Source: a bacterium
Lineage (GTDB): Bacteria > Actinomycetota > Acidimicrobiia > Acidimicrobiales > CATQHL01
Direction of reading: 5' to 3'
Length of the DNA stretch: 64,000 bases
NCBI GenBank assembly: GCA_028824415.1
Contig: JAPPDX010000106.1
Location: 52,357-116,356 of the forward strand
Shown here in pieces: positions 9,898 through 19,215 of this stretch. Made by a program: the position numbers and the translations under genes. How positions within the stretch are numbered: the first letter of the stretch is position 1; every line of letters begins with the position of its first letter. A model generated the notes under the pieces. It searched no databases. It was not told where the DNA came from and saw only the letters and a program-made list of their open reading frames with translations.

Positions 9898-9901
9898 AAG
9901 T

Positions 9902-10693
9902 CTACTGACAAGGACTCCCGCGCGTCAACACCGGATTCGCAGGTGTCCGGACGTCCAGGGTCTCCAGGCAACGCAGATCCACGCGCTCCATGAACGTCTG
10001 CACGGCCAGCACCTTGGCAGCCATCTGCCTGGCGTCTCCCAGCAGCACGCGACCTGATCCACGCAGGTCGAGTACATAACCCTCGGGTCCCGCTTCGATC
10101 GCCCGGATCTCGGAACGGACCGGCTCGTAGAGCTCACCCGCGATGCTCACCGCTGCGCGTTGTTCAAGCGTCAGCCAATCCCCTGGCGCGGCATGGGCCA
10201 CGTTCAATCCCAGGATTGGCACAGCGGCATCGGGAATCGTCTCCCCGACCGAGAGGACCCGGCCGCTCTCCTCCACCACAGCCCAGGCGCCGGGTATCGC
10301 CAGTGCCGCCGCCGCCGAGCGCTCCGTGATCGTGAAGCTCACCACCCCATCCCAGGAACGTGTCGAGTACACGTCCTTGACCCACGGAAGACGGGCGATC
10401 CGGGTCCGTGCGGCGGCGAGATCGAGGCCCACCAGTGGCTGACCGGTCCGGATCCCCGCCGTTGAGATGAGCTCGGCGGGATCCGTCCTGTCGGCACCCT
10501 GCACCTCCAACCGGTCGACGTCGAGCAGTTCGCTCCTGGTCGCGAGGTACCCGGACAGCAGTGTCATGGCGATCGCCAGGGCCAGCCACAGGACCCGCCG
10601 CCTGCGTGTCTCCCGCGCTTGGGACGCCGCATCCACAGCGGCGCGTCGCTGTGCGATGCGCGGGTGAGCGAGGCCGGGTGCGTGCACTGTCAT
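9902..10693 (-). CDS. ftsQ: cell division protein FtsQ (POTRA domain)
   Basis: ORF 9902..10891. ATG 10693 overlaps the murB stop (ATGA). Basic N-terminus, one TM helix, then a POTRA-like 'LDVDRLEVQGADRT'. Position before ftsZ is conserved. Confidence 0.8.
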   Translation of the reverse strand: MTVHAPGLAHPRIAQRRAAVDAASQARETRRRRVLWLALAIAMTLLSGYLATRSELLDVDRLEVQGADRTDPAELISTAGIRTGQPLVGLDLAAARTRIARLPWVKDVYSTRSWDGVVSFTITERSAAAALAIPGAWAVVEESGRVLSVGETIPDAAVPILGLNVAHAAPGDWLTLEQRAAVSIAGELYEPVRSEIRAIEAGPEGYVLDLRGSGRVLLGDARQMAAKVLAVQTFMERVDLRCLETLDVRTPANPVLTRGSPCQ

Positions 10694-11655
10694 GATTGGC
10701 TCCCAAAGGGTCCGTCGAAGCCCACGAAATGGGTCTCGGGTCGGAGTCGGATACCGCTGTCTGCCTCGACGCGCCGCGCCACTTCCTCCATGAGCGCCAT
10801 CACATCCTCTGCCGAGCCTCCGGGATCGGCCTGGATGAAGTTGGCGTGCAGGCCGGACACCGCCGCAGAGCCGACTCGCAGGCCCTTGCAACCGGCCGCC
10901 TCCACGAGCCGCCCCGCCGAGTCGCCGGGCGGATTGGTGAAGACCGAGCCCGTGTTCGCTCCGCCGGGCTGGTGGCGGCGCCGCCAGGCCACGACCTGCC
11001 GGATGAGTTGCTCCTCATGCTCGCGGTCGCTGCGCCACAGAGATAACTCAACCTCAACTACAACGTGATGGCGCCGGAGAGCGGATTCCCGGTAACCGAG
11101 GGCCAGGTCCTCGAGTCCTGCCTGCCACTCCCGCCCGCTTGCAAGGTCCACGATTTCAGCGCGCTCCAGTACCTCACTCATGTCCGAGCCGTGTCCACCG
11201 GCGTTCATGCGCACTGCCCCGCCCACGCTCCCTGGAACGCCGACGGCCCAACCGAATCCACCCAACCCTGCGACCGCGCATTGACGCGCCACGACGGGCA
11301 GAGGAGTTGCACCACCTGCCACCACCGTCGCCCCCTCGATGCGTGTCGTGGCGAAGGCGGTGCCGAGCCGGAGTGCCACACCGTCGAATCCGGCATCGGC
11401 CACGAGAAGATTCGACCCGAGCCCGATCGCCAGGACCGCCCAACCCTCCTCTGCGACGGTACCTGCCAGCCGCCGGAGGTCTTCGAGGGACCCCACCTCG
11501 ATCAGAAGGCTCGCGGCACCCCCGACCCGGTAGGTGCTCAGCGCACCGAGTGGTGCTTCCAGCACGACCCGACTCTCGACGAGCTGTGCCGTGAGCAACG
11601 CCGCGACTCGGGACCAGTCCGTCGTGCCACTGATCGGACGGTCTGCGGTCATCAT
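10690..11655 (-). CDS. murB: UDP-N-acetylenolpyruvoylglucosamine reductase
   Basis: FAD-binding 'TYRVGGAASLL', 'GSNLLV' and C-terminal 'GSVFTNP'. Confidence 0.9.
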   Translation of the reverse strand: MMTADRPISGTTDWSRVAALLTAQLVESRVVLEAPLGALSTYRVGGAASLLIEVGSLEDLRRLAGTVAEEGWAVLAIGLGSNLLVADAGFDGVALRLGTAFATTRIEGATVVAGGATPLPVVARQCAVAGLGGFGWAVGVPGSVGGAVRMNAGGHGSDMSEVLERAEIVDLASGREWQAGLEDLALGYRESALRRHHVVVEVELSLWRSDREHEEQLIRQVVAWRRRHQPGGANTGSVFTNPPGDSAGRLVEAAGCKGLRVGSAAVSGLHANFIQADPGGSAEDVMALMEEVARRVEADSGIRLRPETHFVGFDGPFGSQS

Positions 11656-13061
11656 CCGACTGCACCGATCAATTCGTCCGGCAGAGTGGTGAGGTCACCC
11701 GCGTTGAGGGTCAGGCAAAGATCTCCCGGGCGGAGTTCATGCACCAGATACCGCTGCAGGTCGCGCCGGTGGGGGAACCACGCCACCCGCTTGAACGGTT
11801 CGGTCTCGAGCAGCGCGTCGACGAGCAGTTTCCCGCTGACGCCGGGACGAGGTGTCTCGCCGGCGGGGTAGACGTCGGTGAACACCACCAGGTCCGCTTC
11901 CGCGAACGCCGGAGCGAAGTCCCGCCAAAGAGCCGCCGTACGGGTGTAGCGATGCGGCTGGTAGACGCACACGATCCGCCGCCATCCCCCGGCACGGGCG
12001 GTCGCCAGTGCGGCGGCCACCTCTCCCGGCAGGTGTGCGTAGTCATCGACGAAGGTGACACCGGCGGCACTCCCCCTGAACTCATACCTCCGGGAGACTC
12101 CTCCGTAGTGCGCGAGGATCCCGGCACTGCAGGCCGGCGGAACACCGAGTTGCTCCGCGCACGCCATCGCCGCGGCCGCGTTTCGGGCATTGTGAAGTCC
12201 CGGCACCGGTAATTGCACGCGCGCGCGATCAGCACCGCGGCTGTCGAGAGTGAACTCGACGCCGGTCCGGGCGGTCGTCAGATCGACCAGCCGGTGGTCC
12301 GCGCCGGGGGCGGTCCCATAGGTCACCGTTCTCCCCTGCCTCGCCGCGAACCGTCTGCCCCACGGGTCGTCCGCGCAAACCAGCCGGAACCCTTCAACTC
12401 TTCCCAGGAATTGCTCGAAGGCCCGGTCCAGGCCTTCGACGTCGCCGTACCGCTCGAGGTGATCGGGCTCGACGCTGGTCACCACCGCTGCTTCCGGGTT
12501 GAGTTGGAGGAAGGTGGCGTCGCTCTCGTCGGCCTCGGCGACGAGCCATTCCCCGGTGCCCCACACCGCCCCGCTGCCGATCTCGTTGACATCGCCACCG
12601 ACGATGAACGAGGGGCGGAGACCGGCCTCGTCAAGAATCAGCGCCAGCATCGAGGATGTCGTCGTCTTGCCGTGCGTGCCAGCCACGGCGAGCGTTCGCC
12701 GCAACCGGCAGACCGCGGCCAGGATGTCGGCGCGGGAACAGACCGGGATGCCGGCACGCCGCGCCGCGGCGATCTCCACGTTGCCATCCCCGACCGCGCT
12801 CGATCGCGCCACGAGATCGGGCCGCCTGCCCGCCGGCACCTCGGCACCGGTGCTGGCAGGTTCGAGCACGTGTTCGACCCGGTGGCCCACGACCACGCCG
12901 AGACCGCGAGCCCGGAGCCGCTCGAAGGCGATCGACGCCTTCAGGTCCGAGCCCGTCACCAGATGCCCGGCGTCGGCAAGCACCGTGGCGATGGCGCTCA
13001 TCCCGGCGCCGCCCACACCCACCACATGAACGTGGTGCACCGCGTCGAGAGAGACGCTCAT
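11652..13061 (-). CDS. murC: UDP-N-acetylmuramate--L-alanine ligase
   Basis: 'VGVGGAGMSAIA' and 'GTHGKTTTSSM' Mur-ligase P-loop. Confidence 0.95.
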   Translation of the reverse strand: MSVSLDAVHHVHVVGVGGAGMSAIATVLADAGHLVTGSDLKASIAFERLRARGLGVVVGHRVEHVLEPASTGAEVPAGRRPDLVARSSAVGDGNVEIAAARRAGIPVCSRADILAAVCRLRRTLAVAGTHGKTTTSSMLALILDEAGLRPSFIVGGDVNEIGSGAVWGTGEWLVAEADESDATFLQLNPEAAVVTSVEPDHLERYGDVEGLDRAFEQFLGRVEGFRLVCADDPWGRRFAARQGRTVTYGTAPGADHRLVDLTTARTGVEFTLDSRGADRARVQLPVPGLHNARNAAAAMACAEQLGVPPACSAGILAHYGGVSRRYEFRGSAAGVTFVDDYAHLPGEVAAALATARAGGWRRIVCVYQPHRYTRTAALWRDFAPAFAEADLVVFTDVYPAGETPRPGVSGKLLVDALLETEPFKRVAWFPHRRDLQRYLVHELRPGDLCLTLNAGDLTTLPDELIGAVG

Positions 13062-14239
13062 GAGCCCGAGCCCTCACCGGCCGCCGCAATCATGAGCTCC
13101 GCCACCCGTCCGGCGGCTCCGGGCGCGCCGAGTCCTGCTGCAGCGGCCTGCATTCGCTGCAACCGCGGGGGGTCAGCGAGAAGGTCGGTGATCGTGGTCG
13201 CCAGGTGCGGACCATCCAACTCGGACTCGGGAATCACCACAGCCGCACCAGCGGCTACCAGGGCGGCCGCGTTGGCGACCTGGTGGTCATCGGTGGCACC
13301 GGGCATCGGCACCAGCACCGAGGCGCGTCCCGCGGCCGCCAGTTCGGCCAGGGCGCTGCCACCGGCACGGCTCACGACCAGGTCGGCGGCTGCCAGGGCC
13401 GCCGGCATGTCGTGCTCGTACGGCAGGCTCTCGTACTCGAGGCCCCGGTTGGCACTTCCCGCCGTCACTGCATCCCCAGAGCCTGCGGCGACGAACCCGA
13501 CGATGTGGCGCACTGCGATGTCGGCACGGTCGGCCAGCAGCCGGCGCACCGCCCCCACTGTCGCGTTGAGGCGGGCGGCGCCCTGAGAACCGCCGGCGAC
13601 CAACACCAGACGTCGATCTTCGGCGACACCGAGAGCGGCGCGGGCCCCGGCGCGCCCGGAGCCGGCTACGCCCGCAGGATCGCAATCCGGATGCAACCGG
13701 GCAATGGCGGCACGCACCGGTAGCCCGGTCCGCACCGCTCCTGCCAGCGGCGTGTCCGCGAAGGCCACCGCGCACGCCGCGGCCCAGCGGGCGGTCAAGC
13801 GGTTGGCGGCTCCCGGGGTGGCGTTGGCCTCGAGCACGACCACGGGGATTCGCCGCAGGCGAGCCGCCACCGCGGCGGCCGCGCTGACGTACCCGCCCTG
13901 TGCAAGTACCACGCGGGGCGAGGTACGTCCGAGGATCCGCCAGCACTGCCACACGCCGCGCGCCAGGGCGCAGACGGCACGGAGGTTCGCCGCCGTGAGG
14001 CGCCGGCCGAAGCCGCGTGCGCTGATCGCCGTGGCCGTGAATCCGGCCTTGGCCACGACCTCGGCGTCCAAGGGCCTTCCGCTGACGACGAAGTGAATCC
14101 TGTGGCGTCGTGTATCTCCGGTGGCTCCAAATTCGTCGGCCACCGCCAGCCCTGGATAGATGTGTCCCCCGGTCCCACCTCCCGCGATGACCGCCCAGGT
14201 ATCGCCGCACGGCGAGCCCGGATCGCTCGGGCCAATCAT
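13058..14239 (-). CDS. murG: undecaprenyldiphospho-muramoylpentapeptide beta-N-acetylglucosaminyltransferase
   Basis: C-terminal 393 codons of ORF 13058..16093. ATG 14239 (MIGPSD) overlaps the ftsW stop. 'GGGTGGHIYPGLAVA' G-loop. Confidence 0.95.
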   Translation of the reverse strand: MIGPSDPGSPCGDTWAVIAGGGTGGHIYPGLAVADEFGATGDTRRHRIHFVVSGRPLDAEVVAKAGFTATAISARGFGRRLTAANLRAVCALARGVWQCWRILGRTSPRVVLAQGGYVSAAAAVAARLRRIPVVVLEANATPGAANRLTARWAAACAVAFADTPLAGAVRTGLPVRAAIARLHPDCDPAGVAGSGRAGARAALGVAEDRRLVLVAGGSQGAARLNATVGAVRRLLADRADIAVRHIVGFVAAGSGDAVTAGSANRGLEYESLPYEHDMPAALAAADLVVSRAGGSALAELAAAGRASVLVPMPGATDDHQVANAAALVAAGAAVVIPESELDGPHLATTITDLLADPPRLQRMQAAAAGLGAPGAAGRVAELMIAAAGEGSGS

Positions 14240-15402
14240 GCGGTCCGCCCCTGGCGCGCCACGTTCAGGAGGATCCCGGCTGCCGCCAGATTCACGATCA
14301 GGCTCGAGCCTCCGTAGGAGACGAAGGGGAGGGTCACTCCCATGGTGGGGAGCAGGCTCTGCGCCACCGCGATGTTGGTGAAGGCCTGCAGCACGAACCA
14401 GCCGCTGATCCCCGCCGCCAGGAACGCACCGTAGGGATCGGGTGCGTCGCGCACGACGCGGACCCCCAGAACACCCAGGCACAGGAACAAGACAACGACG
14501 GCCAGGGCGCCGACGAATCCCAGGTTCTCGGCGATGGTCACGAAGATGAAGTCGGTGTGGGCATAGGGAACGTACGCCAGGTTGGCGCGCGCTCCTCCAG
14601 GCCCAACGCCCGTCAATCCCCCCGAGGCGATTCCCACTTGGGCCTGCAGAGCCTGGTAACCGGCGCCGTAGGGGTCCGACCAGGGGTCGAGGTAGGAAGT
14701 GAGGCGCTGGCGCCGGTAGCCGGACCCGAGCGCGAACAGGAAAGCCGTACCGGTCCCCAGCGCCACGAGCCCCGCCACGTGCCGGACCGGCAACCCTGCC
14801 ACGAACAACATCACGAGCAGGATGCCGCCGAGCAGCAGGACGGTGCCGAGGCTGGGCTGGGCCAGGATCAGCGCCGCAACCGCGCCGAACACCATCAGCA
14901 GGGGCAGGAGGGTCTCGCGGATCATCCACACACGGTCCAGCCGTCGGGACAGCAGCGACGCGGCAAACAGAACCAGAGCCAGCTTCGCCGCCTCCGAGGG
15001 CTGGATCACCAAGCCTCCGACTCGGATCCATCGCGCCGAACCGTTGCCGACCAGCACCAGCGGCGACGGCACCAGCAGGCAGGAGAGCGCGACGAGCGTC
15101 AGCAAGACCGCACCGGTGGTCAGAAGCGGCGCCCGCCAGCGGTGGTAGTCCACCCGGAGCGTCACGATGCCGGCGGCCAGGCCGAATGACAGCCAGAGAG
15201 CGTGTCGCTTGGCGTGGAAGAACGGATCGCCGGTGGTCTCGATCGACGTGACGGTCGCCGAAAGGAGCACCATCACGAGCCCCAGGAGACTCAAGAGCGC
15301 CAGAACCACGGCGAGGGCCGCGAACGTGCGGGTGTTGCGCCCCACCGGCGGACTCCGCAGCCCGCTCGCACGCTGCGGGCGCGCGGTCGTTGCAGAGGTC
15401 AT
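14236..15402 (-). CDS. ftsW: SEDS-family cell-division protein FtsW
   Basis: Polytopic membrane protein with 'IQPSEAAKLALVLFAA' and 'HTDFIF' SEDS motifs. Has the dcw position between murD and murG. Confidence 0.9.
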   Translation of the reverse strand: MTSATTARPQRASGLRSPPVGRNTRTFAALAVVLALLSLLGLVMVLLSATVTSIETTGDPFFHAKRHALWLSFGLAAGIVTLRVDYHRWRAPLLTTGAVLLTLVALSCLLVPSPLVLVGNGSARWIRVGGLVIQPSEAAKLALVLFAASLLSRRLDRVWMIRETLLPLLMVFGAVAALILAQPSLGTVLLLGGILLVMLFVAGLPVRHVAGLVALGTGTAFLFALGSGYRRQRLTSYLDPWSDPYGAGYQALQAQVGIASGGLTGVGPGGARANLAYVPYAHTDFIFVTIAENLGFVGALAVVVLFLCLGVLGVRVVRDAPDPYGAFLAAGISGWFVLQAFTNIAVAQSLLPTMGVTLPFVSYGGSSLIVNLAAAGILLNVARQGRTA

Positions 15403-16727
15403 CGCGGCTCTCCCATGCCGACGGTGGTCCGTACCAGAGCGGCAAAGTGCTCACCGCGGTGACGGTACGAGTCATACCAGTCGAAGGATGTGCAGCCTGG
15501 CGAAAGCACGATCGCCTCCCCCGGGAGCGCCAACTCGCCTGCGGTGAGCACAGCCCTTTCCATGTCCGTCGCCCGGTGCACCGGACGCGAGCCCCCGAAA
15601 GCACTGCAGACCTCACCGGCCGCCTCGCCAATGGCCACGACGGCTCGCACCGAGGCCGCGCCTGCGAGCCGCTGAAGGTCGAGGCCCTTGTTGCGGCCGC
15701 CGGCGATGAGCACCACCGACTTGAAGGCTCCGGTGGCAGCGAGCACCGCGTCGGGAGTCGTCGCCTTCGAGTCGTCGTACCAGAGATTCGTATCGGTCCG
15801 GGCCACCAGTTCCAGCCGGTGCGGGAGCCCGCGGAACGACTCGAGGGCGGCGCGCACATCCCCGGCGGGGGCACCGGCGGCCACGGCGCAGGCGGCGACG
15901 GCCTCGGCGTTGCGCAGGTCATGGGGGAACCGCCTCGGCAACCGCGCGATCTCGACGATCGGCTCACCGCAGAGCACGAGCGACCCGCCGGCCGCGGTCG
16001 CATCGCTGGCCGGCGTGCCGAAGGTGAGCTGGCTGCCCACCGGCCGCCGGGCCGCCACCACCGGGTCACCGTCGTTGAGGATCGCCACGTCATCGGCTCC
16101 CAGGTGGCGCCAGATCGCGGCCTTGGCCTCCTCGTAGGCCTTCACGGAGGCGTGCACGTCCAGATGGTCCGGCGAGAAGTTGAGCCAGGCCGCAACGCGT
16201 GGGCGGAACTCCCGGCTCCGACCCAGGCGGAACGATGACGCCTCGGCCACGAAGACCGCCGGGTCGGGGTCGTCGATGGCGCTCACGAGCGGCAGGTCGT
16301 TGTTGCCGGCGGCAACGGCCCCGGTGCTCGGACCCAGCGCCTCGGCCACCAGGGTCGTGACCGTCGTCTTCCCGTTCGTCCCGGTGACGGCCACGACCGG
16401 ACGATCGTCCCAGGCGGCCGCCAGATCGAACTCGCTGAGTATCACGATGCCCGCGCTGCGCGCGGCACGCATCGCCCGGTGACCGTCCGCCAGCCCCGGG
16501 GTGGGCAGGAAGGCGCCGCAGCGACTCAGCAGGACCGCCAGATCCTCATCCGACGGTGGCGGCTCCAGCACCCCACCCGCCTCGGCCACCGCCTGTTGCA
16601 CATCTGAGGCCGGCGCGTCGTCGACGGCGATGAACTCGCAGCCGCGCCGACCCAGCGCTGTCGCCACGGCTCGGTTCGTGGCACCCACGCCCCAGAGCAG
16701 GAACAGTCCATCGGTGGGGGTGATCAC
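15399..16727 (-). CDS. murD: UDP-N-acetylmuramoylalanine--D-glutamate ligase
   Basis: C-terminal 442 codons of ORF 15399..17426. GTG 16727 overlaps the mraY stop (GTGA). 'VAVTGTNGKTT' P-loop. Confidence 0.9.
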   Translation of the reverse strand: MITPTDGLFLLWGVGATNRAVATALGRRGCEFIAVDDAPASDVQQAVAEAGGVLEPPPSDEDLAVLLSRCGAFLPTPGLADGHRAMRAARSAGIVILSEFDLAAAWDDRPVVAVTGTNGKTTVTTLVAEALGPSTGAVAAGNNDLPLVSAIDDPDPAVFVAEASSFRLGRSREFRPRVAAWLNFSPDHLDVHASVKAYEEAKAAIWRHLGADDVAILNDGDPVVAARRPVGSQLTFGTPASDATAAGGSLVLCGEPIVEIARLPRRFPHDLRNAEAVAACAVAAGAPAGDVRAALESFRGLPHRLELVARTDTNLWYDDSKATTPDAVLAATGAFKSVVLIAGGRNKGLDLQRLAGAASVRAVVAIGEAAGEVCSAFGGSRPVHRATDMERAVLTAGELALPGEAIVLSPGCTSFDWYDSYRHRGEHFAALVRTTVGMGEPR

Positions 16728-17782
16728 GATGACCCCTCGGCCGCGGATCTCGACTCGAGCAGCGGGAAATAGTCGGCGTAGAACAGACCCAGAGCCACCG
16801 CGGTGGCGAAACCGGCGAGCAGCCAGAACCGGACGATGACCCACGTCTCGTGCCAGCCGCGCTCCTCGAAGTGATGGTGCAGCGGCGCCATCGCGAACAG
16901 GCGCCGCCCTCCCATCGACTTGAACACCCCGATCTGCAGGATCACCGAGAGGCACTCCATCACGAACAGGGCGGCCATGATCGGCAGCAGCAGGTGGGTG
17001 TTGGTCGTGAGCGCCAGGCAGGCCAGAGCGGTCCCGATGGCCAGCGATCCGGCGTCGCCCATGATGATCTGCGCCGGTGCCGCGTTCCACCACAGGAACC
17101 CGACACAGCCACCCAGCATCGCCGCCCCGACGACTGCCAGGTCCAGGGCATGGGGCAGGTCGTACAGGTCCGCGTGCCGGAACGCCCAGTACCCGATGAT
17201 GGTGAAGGCGGCGAAGTTGAAGATGCTCGATCCCGCTGCCAACCCGTCCAAGCCGTCGGTGAAGTTGACCGCGTTGGACGCTCCCACGATGATCAGCACC
17301 GCCCAGAGGCTCCAGCCCACCGGGCCCATGTCCCAGCCGATGCCGCCCGAGCGAGTGAACGACAGCTCGGTGCTGACGTCGGTCGCCAGGACGGTCAACG
17401 AGGCGAATCCACCGCCCACGGCACACAGCCCCAGCATCTTGGCCCGCTTGCTGAGTCCCAGGCTGTGGGCACGAGACACCTTCAGCCAGTCATCCACCGC
17501 TCCCACGGCGGTCGCCCCCAGGATCGCCAGCATCACGAGCAGCCCTGTGCGGGTGAAGATGCCCCCGTGGATGAAGTCGCTTCCGGCGTAGCCGGCGCAG
17601 GCGCCCCCGACGATGGCCAGACCACCCATCGTCGGGGTTCCCTGCTTGTGCGCGTGGCTCTCGGGGCCGTCACTGCGGATGGGTTGAGCAAGGTTCCGTG
17701 ACCGGAAGAACGCGATCAGCAGGCGCGTCCCGGCCAGGGAAGCGACGGTCGCGATAGCAGCGGCGAGCAGGAGCCGGATCAC
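16724..17782 (-). CDS. mraY: phospho-N-acetylmuramoyl-pentapeptide transferase
   Basis: Ten-TM profile with 'VDDWLKV' and 'NAVNFTDGLDGLA' motifs. Confidence 0.95.
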   Translation of the reverse strand: MIRLLLAAAIATVASLAGTRLLIAFFRSRNLAQPIRSDGPESHAHKQGTPTMGGLAIVGGACAGYAGSDFIHGGIFTRTGLLVMLAILGATAVGAVDDWLKVSRAHSLGLSKRAKMLGLCAVGGGFASLTVLATDVSTELSFTRSGGIGWDMGPVGWSLWAVLIIVGASNAVNFTDGLDGLAAGSSIFNFAAFTIIGYWAFRHADLYDLPHALDLAVVGAAMLGGCVGFLWWNAAPAQIIMGDAGSLAIGTALACLALTTNTHLLLPIMAALFVMECLSVILQIGVFKSMGGRRLFAMAPLHHHFEERGWHETWVIVRFWLLAGFATAVALGLFYADYFPLLESRSAAEGSS

Positions 17783-19215
17783 GGTGCCGGCACCTCCGCT
17801 GCCGTCCTTAGCAGCTCCCGCACCACCGCGGCATCATCGAAGGGGAGCGACCGCCCGCCGATGATCTGCTGCGTCTCGTGCCCCTTGCCGGCCACGATCA
17901 CGACATCACCCGGGCTCACGCCCGCCAGCGCGGCCGCGATTGCAAGCCGGCGATCCAATTCCACCTCCGCGGTCCCGGCCCCGAGGCCGGCCATGATCGC
18001 CCGGGCGATGCGGGCCGGATCCTCGCCCCGCGGATTGTCAGATGTAATGACGACCCTGTCGGCAAGGCGGGAGGCGATGTCTCCCATCGCCTCCCGCTTG
18101 CCTTCATCCCGCTCGCCGCCGCAGCCGAACACCACGGTCAGACGAGATTGCGCGGGCACCAGGTTCCGTCCCGCGCGCAGCAGCTGCTCCAATGCCGCCG
18201 GAGAATGAGCGAAATCAACGATTACCACCGCCGGTGACCCGGTCACCACCTCGAACCGGCCACGCAGCGGCGGCATCCGCTGGAGACCTTCTGCGATCTC
18301 GGCCGATCCGACACCGAGGGAGTCGGCCACGGTGGCCGCCACCACCGCGTTGGCGATGTTGTGCGCGCCTCCAAGGGGCAGCACGATCTCGAGCCGGCGC
18401 CAGCGGATTCGGCTGTAGTCCGCGGCCGAATCCAGCACCTCGGCGTCGGCTCGCGAGCAGCGCCGCACCTCGCCGGCAACCTCACCGGCCAGGCGCCGAC
18501 CCCAATGATCGTCGGTGCAGACGACTGAGACGGCGCTTCTCGCGTCCTCGAACAGAGTGCGTTTCGCTCGGTAGTAGTCCTCCATGTCCCGGTGGTAGTC
18601 GAGGTGCTCCGCAGAGAGGTTCGTAAAGGCCGCAGCGGCGAATCGCAGCCCTTCGACGCGCTTCTGGGAGAGTCCGTGCGAACTGACCTCCAGCGCGGCG
18701 ACGCGTGCGCCGGCTGCCCGCGCCGCCCCGAGCCGGCAAGCCAATTCGGTGGCCCTGGGGGTGGTGAGAGGCCCACTCAGGGTGCCGATCGCGACGCAGT
18801 GCCGGTCGGCCGCCTCCAGGATGCTGCTCAGCAGGTGGGTGACGGTGGTCTTGCCGTTGGTGCCCGTCACGCCGGCGAGTTCCAGGTGCTCCTGGGGCGA
18901 TCCCGCCGCGGCCAGCGCCAGGGGACCGACCGCGGCTCGCGCCTCGGGCACCACCAGTTGCGCCACCGCCACGGGAAGAGGACGCTCGACCACCAATGCC
19001 GCTGCGCCCGCCGCTACCGCCTGTTCGGCGAAGTCGTGGCCGTCGACGGATCGCCCCGGGACGCAGCAGAAGAGGGCCCCTGGCTGTACCTCGCGGGAGT
19101 CCTCGCAGACCGCGCTGATCGCGGGGTCCTCCGATCCGGGGCCGGCCGGGAGGTGCAGCCGGCCGCCGACCCCGCTGCGCCGCCGCAACGACCGGAGGGT
19201 CACCGGCTCACCCAC
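17779..19215 (-). CDS. murE: UDP-N-acetylmuramoyl-L-alanyl-D-glutamate--2,6-diaminopimelate ligase
   Basis: 'GVTGTNGKTT', 'DFAHSPAALEQ', 'GCGGERDEGKR' and 'DNPRGEDP' are MurE-type motifs, not MurF-type. Confidence 0.9.
   Translation of the reverse strand: MGEPVTLRSLRRRSGVGGRLHLPAGPGSEDPAISAVCEDSREVQPGALFCCVPGRSVDGHDFAEQAVAAGAAALVVERPLPVAVAQLVVPEARAAVGPLALAAAGSPQEHLELAGVTGTNGKTTVTHLLSSILEAADRHCVAIGTLSGPLTTPRATELACRLGAARAAGARVAALEVSSHGLSQKRVEGLRFAAAAFTNLSAEHLDYHRDMEDYYRAKRTLFEDARSAVSVVCTDDHWGRRLAGEVAGEVRRCSRADAEVLDSAADYSRIRWRRLEIVLPLGGAHNIANAVVAATVADSLGVGSAEIAEGLQRMPPLRGRFEVVTGSPAVVIVDFAHSPAALEQLLRAGRNLVPAQSRLTVVFGCGGERDEGKREAMGDIASRLADRVVITSDNPRGEDPARIARAIMAGLGAGTAEVELDRRLAIAAALAGVSPGDVVIVAGKGHETQQIIGGRSLPFDDAAVVRELLRTAAEVPAP

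Noticed and set aside
13058-17426. Giant ORFs 13058..16093 (1011 aa) and 15399..17426 (675 aa)
   Set aside because: Only their C-terminal parts (MurG, MurD) look like real protein. The N-terminal extensions run out of frame through ftsW and mraY, and are replaced by internal ATG/GTG starts that overlap the upstream stop by 4 nt.
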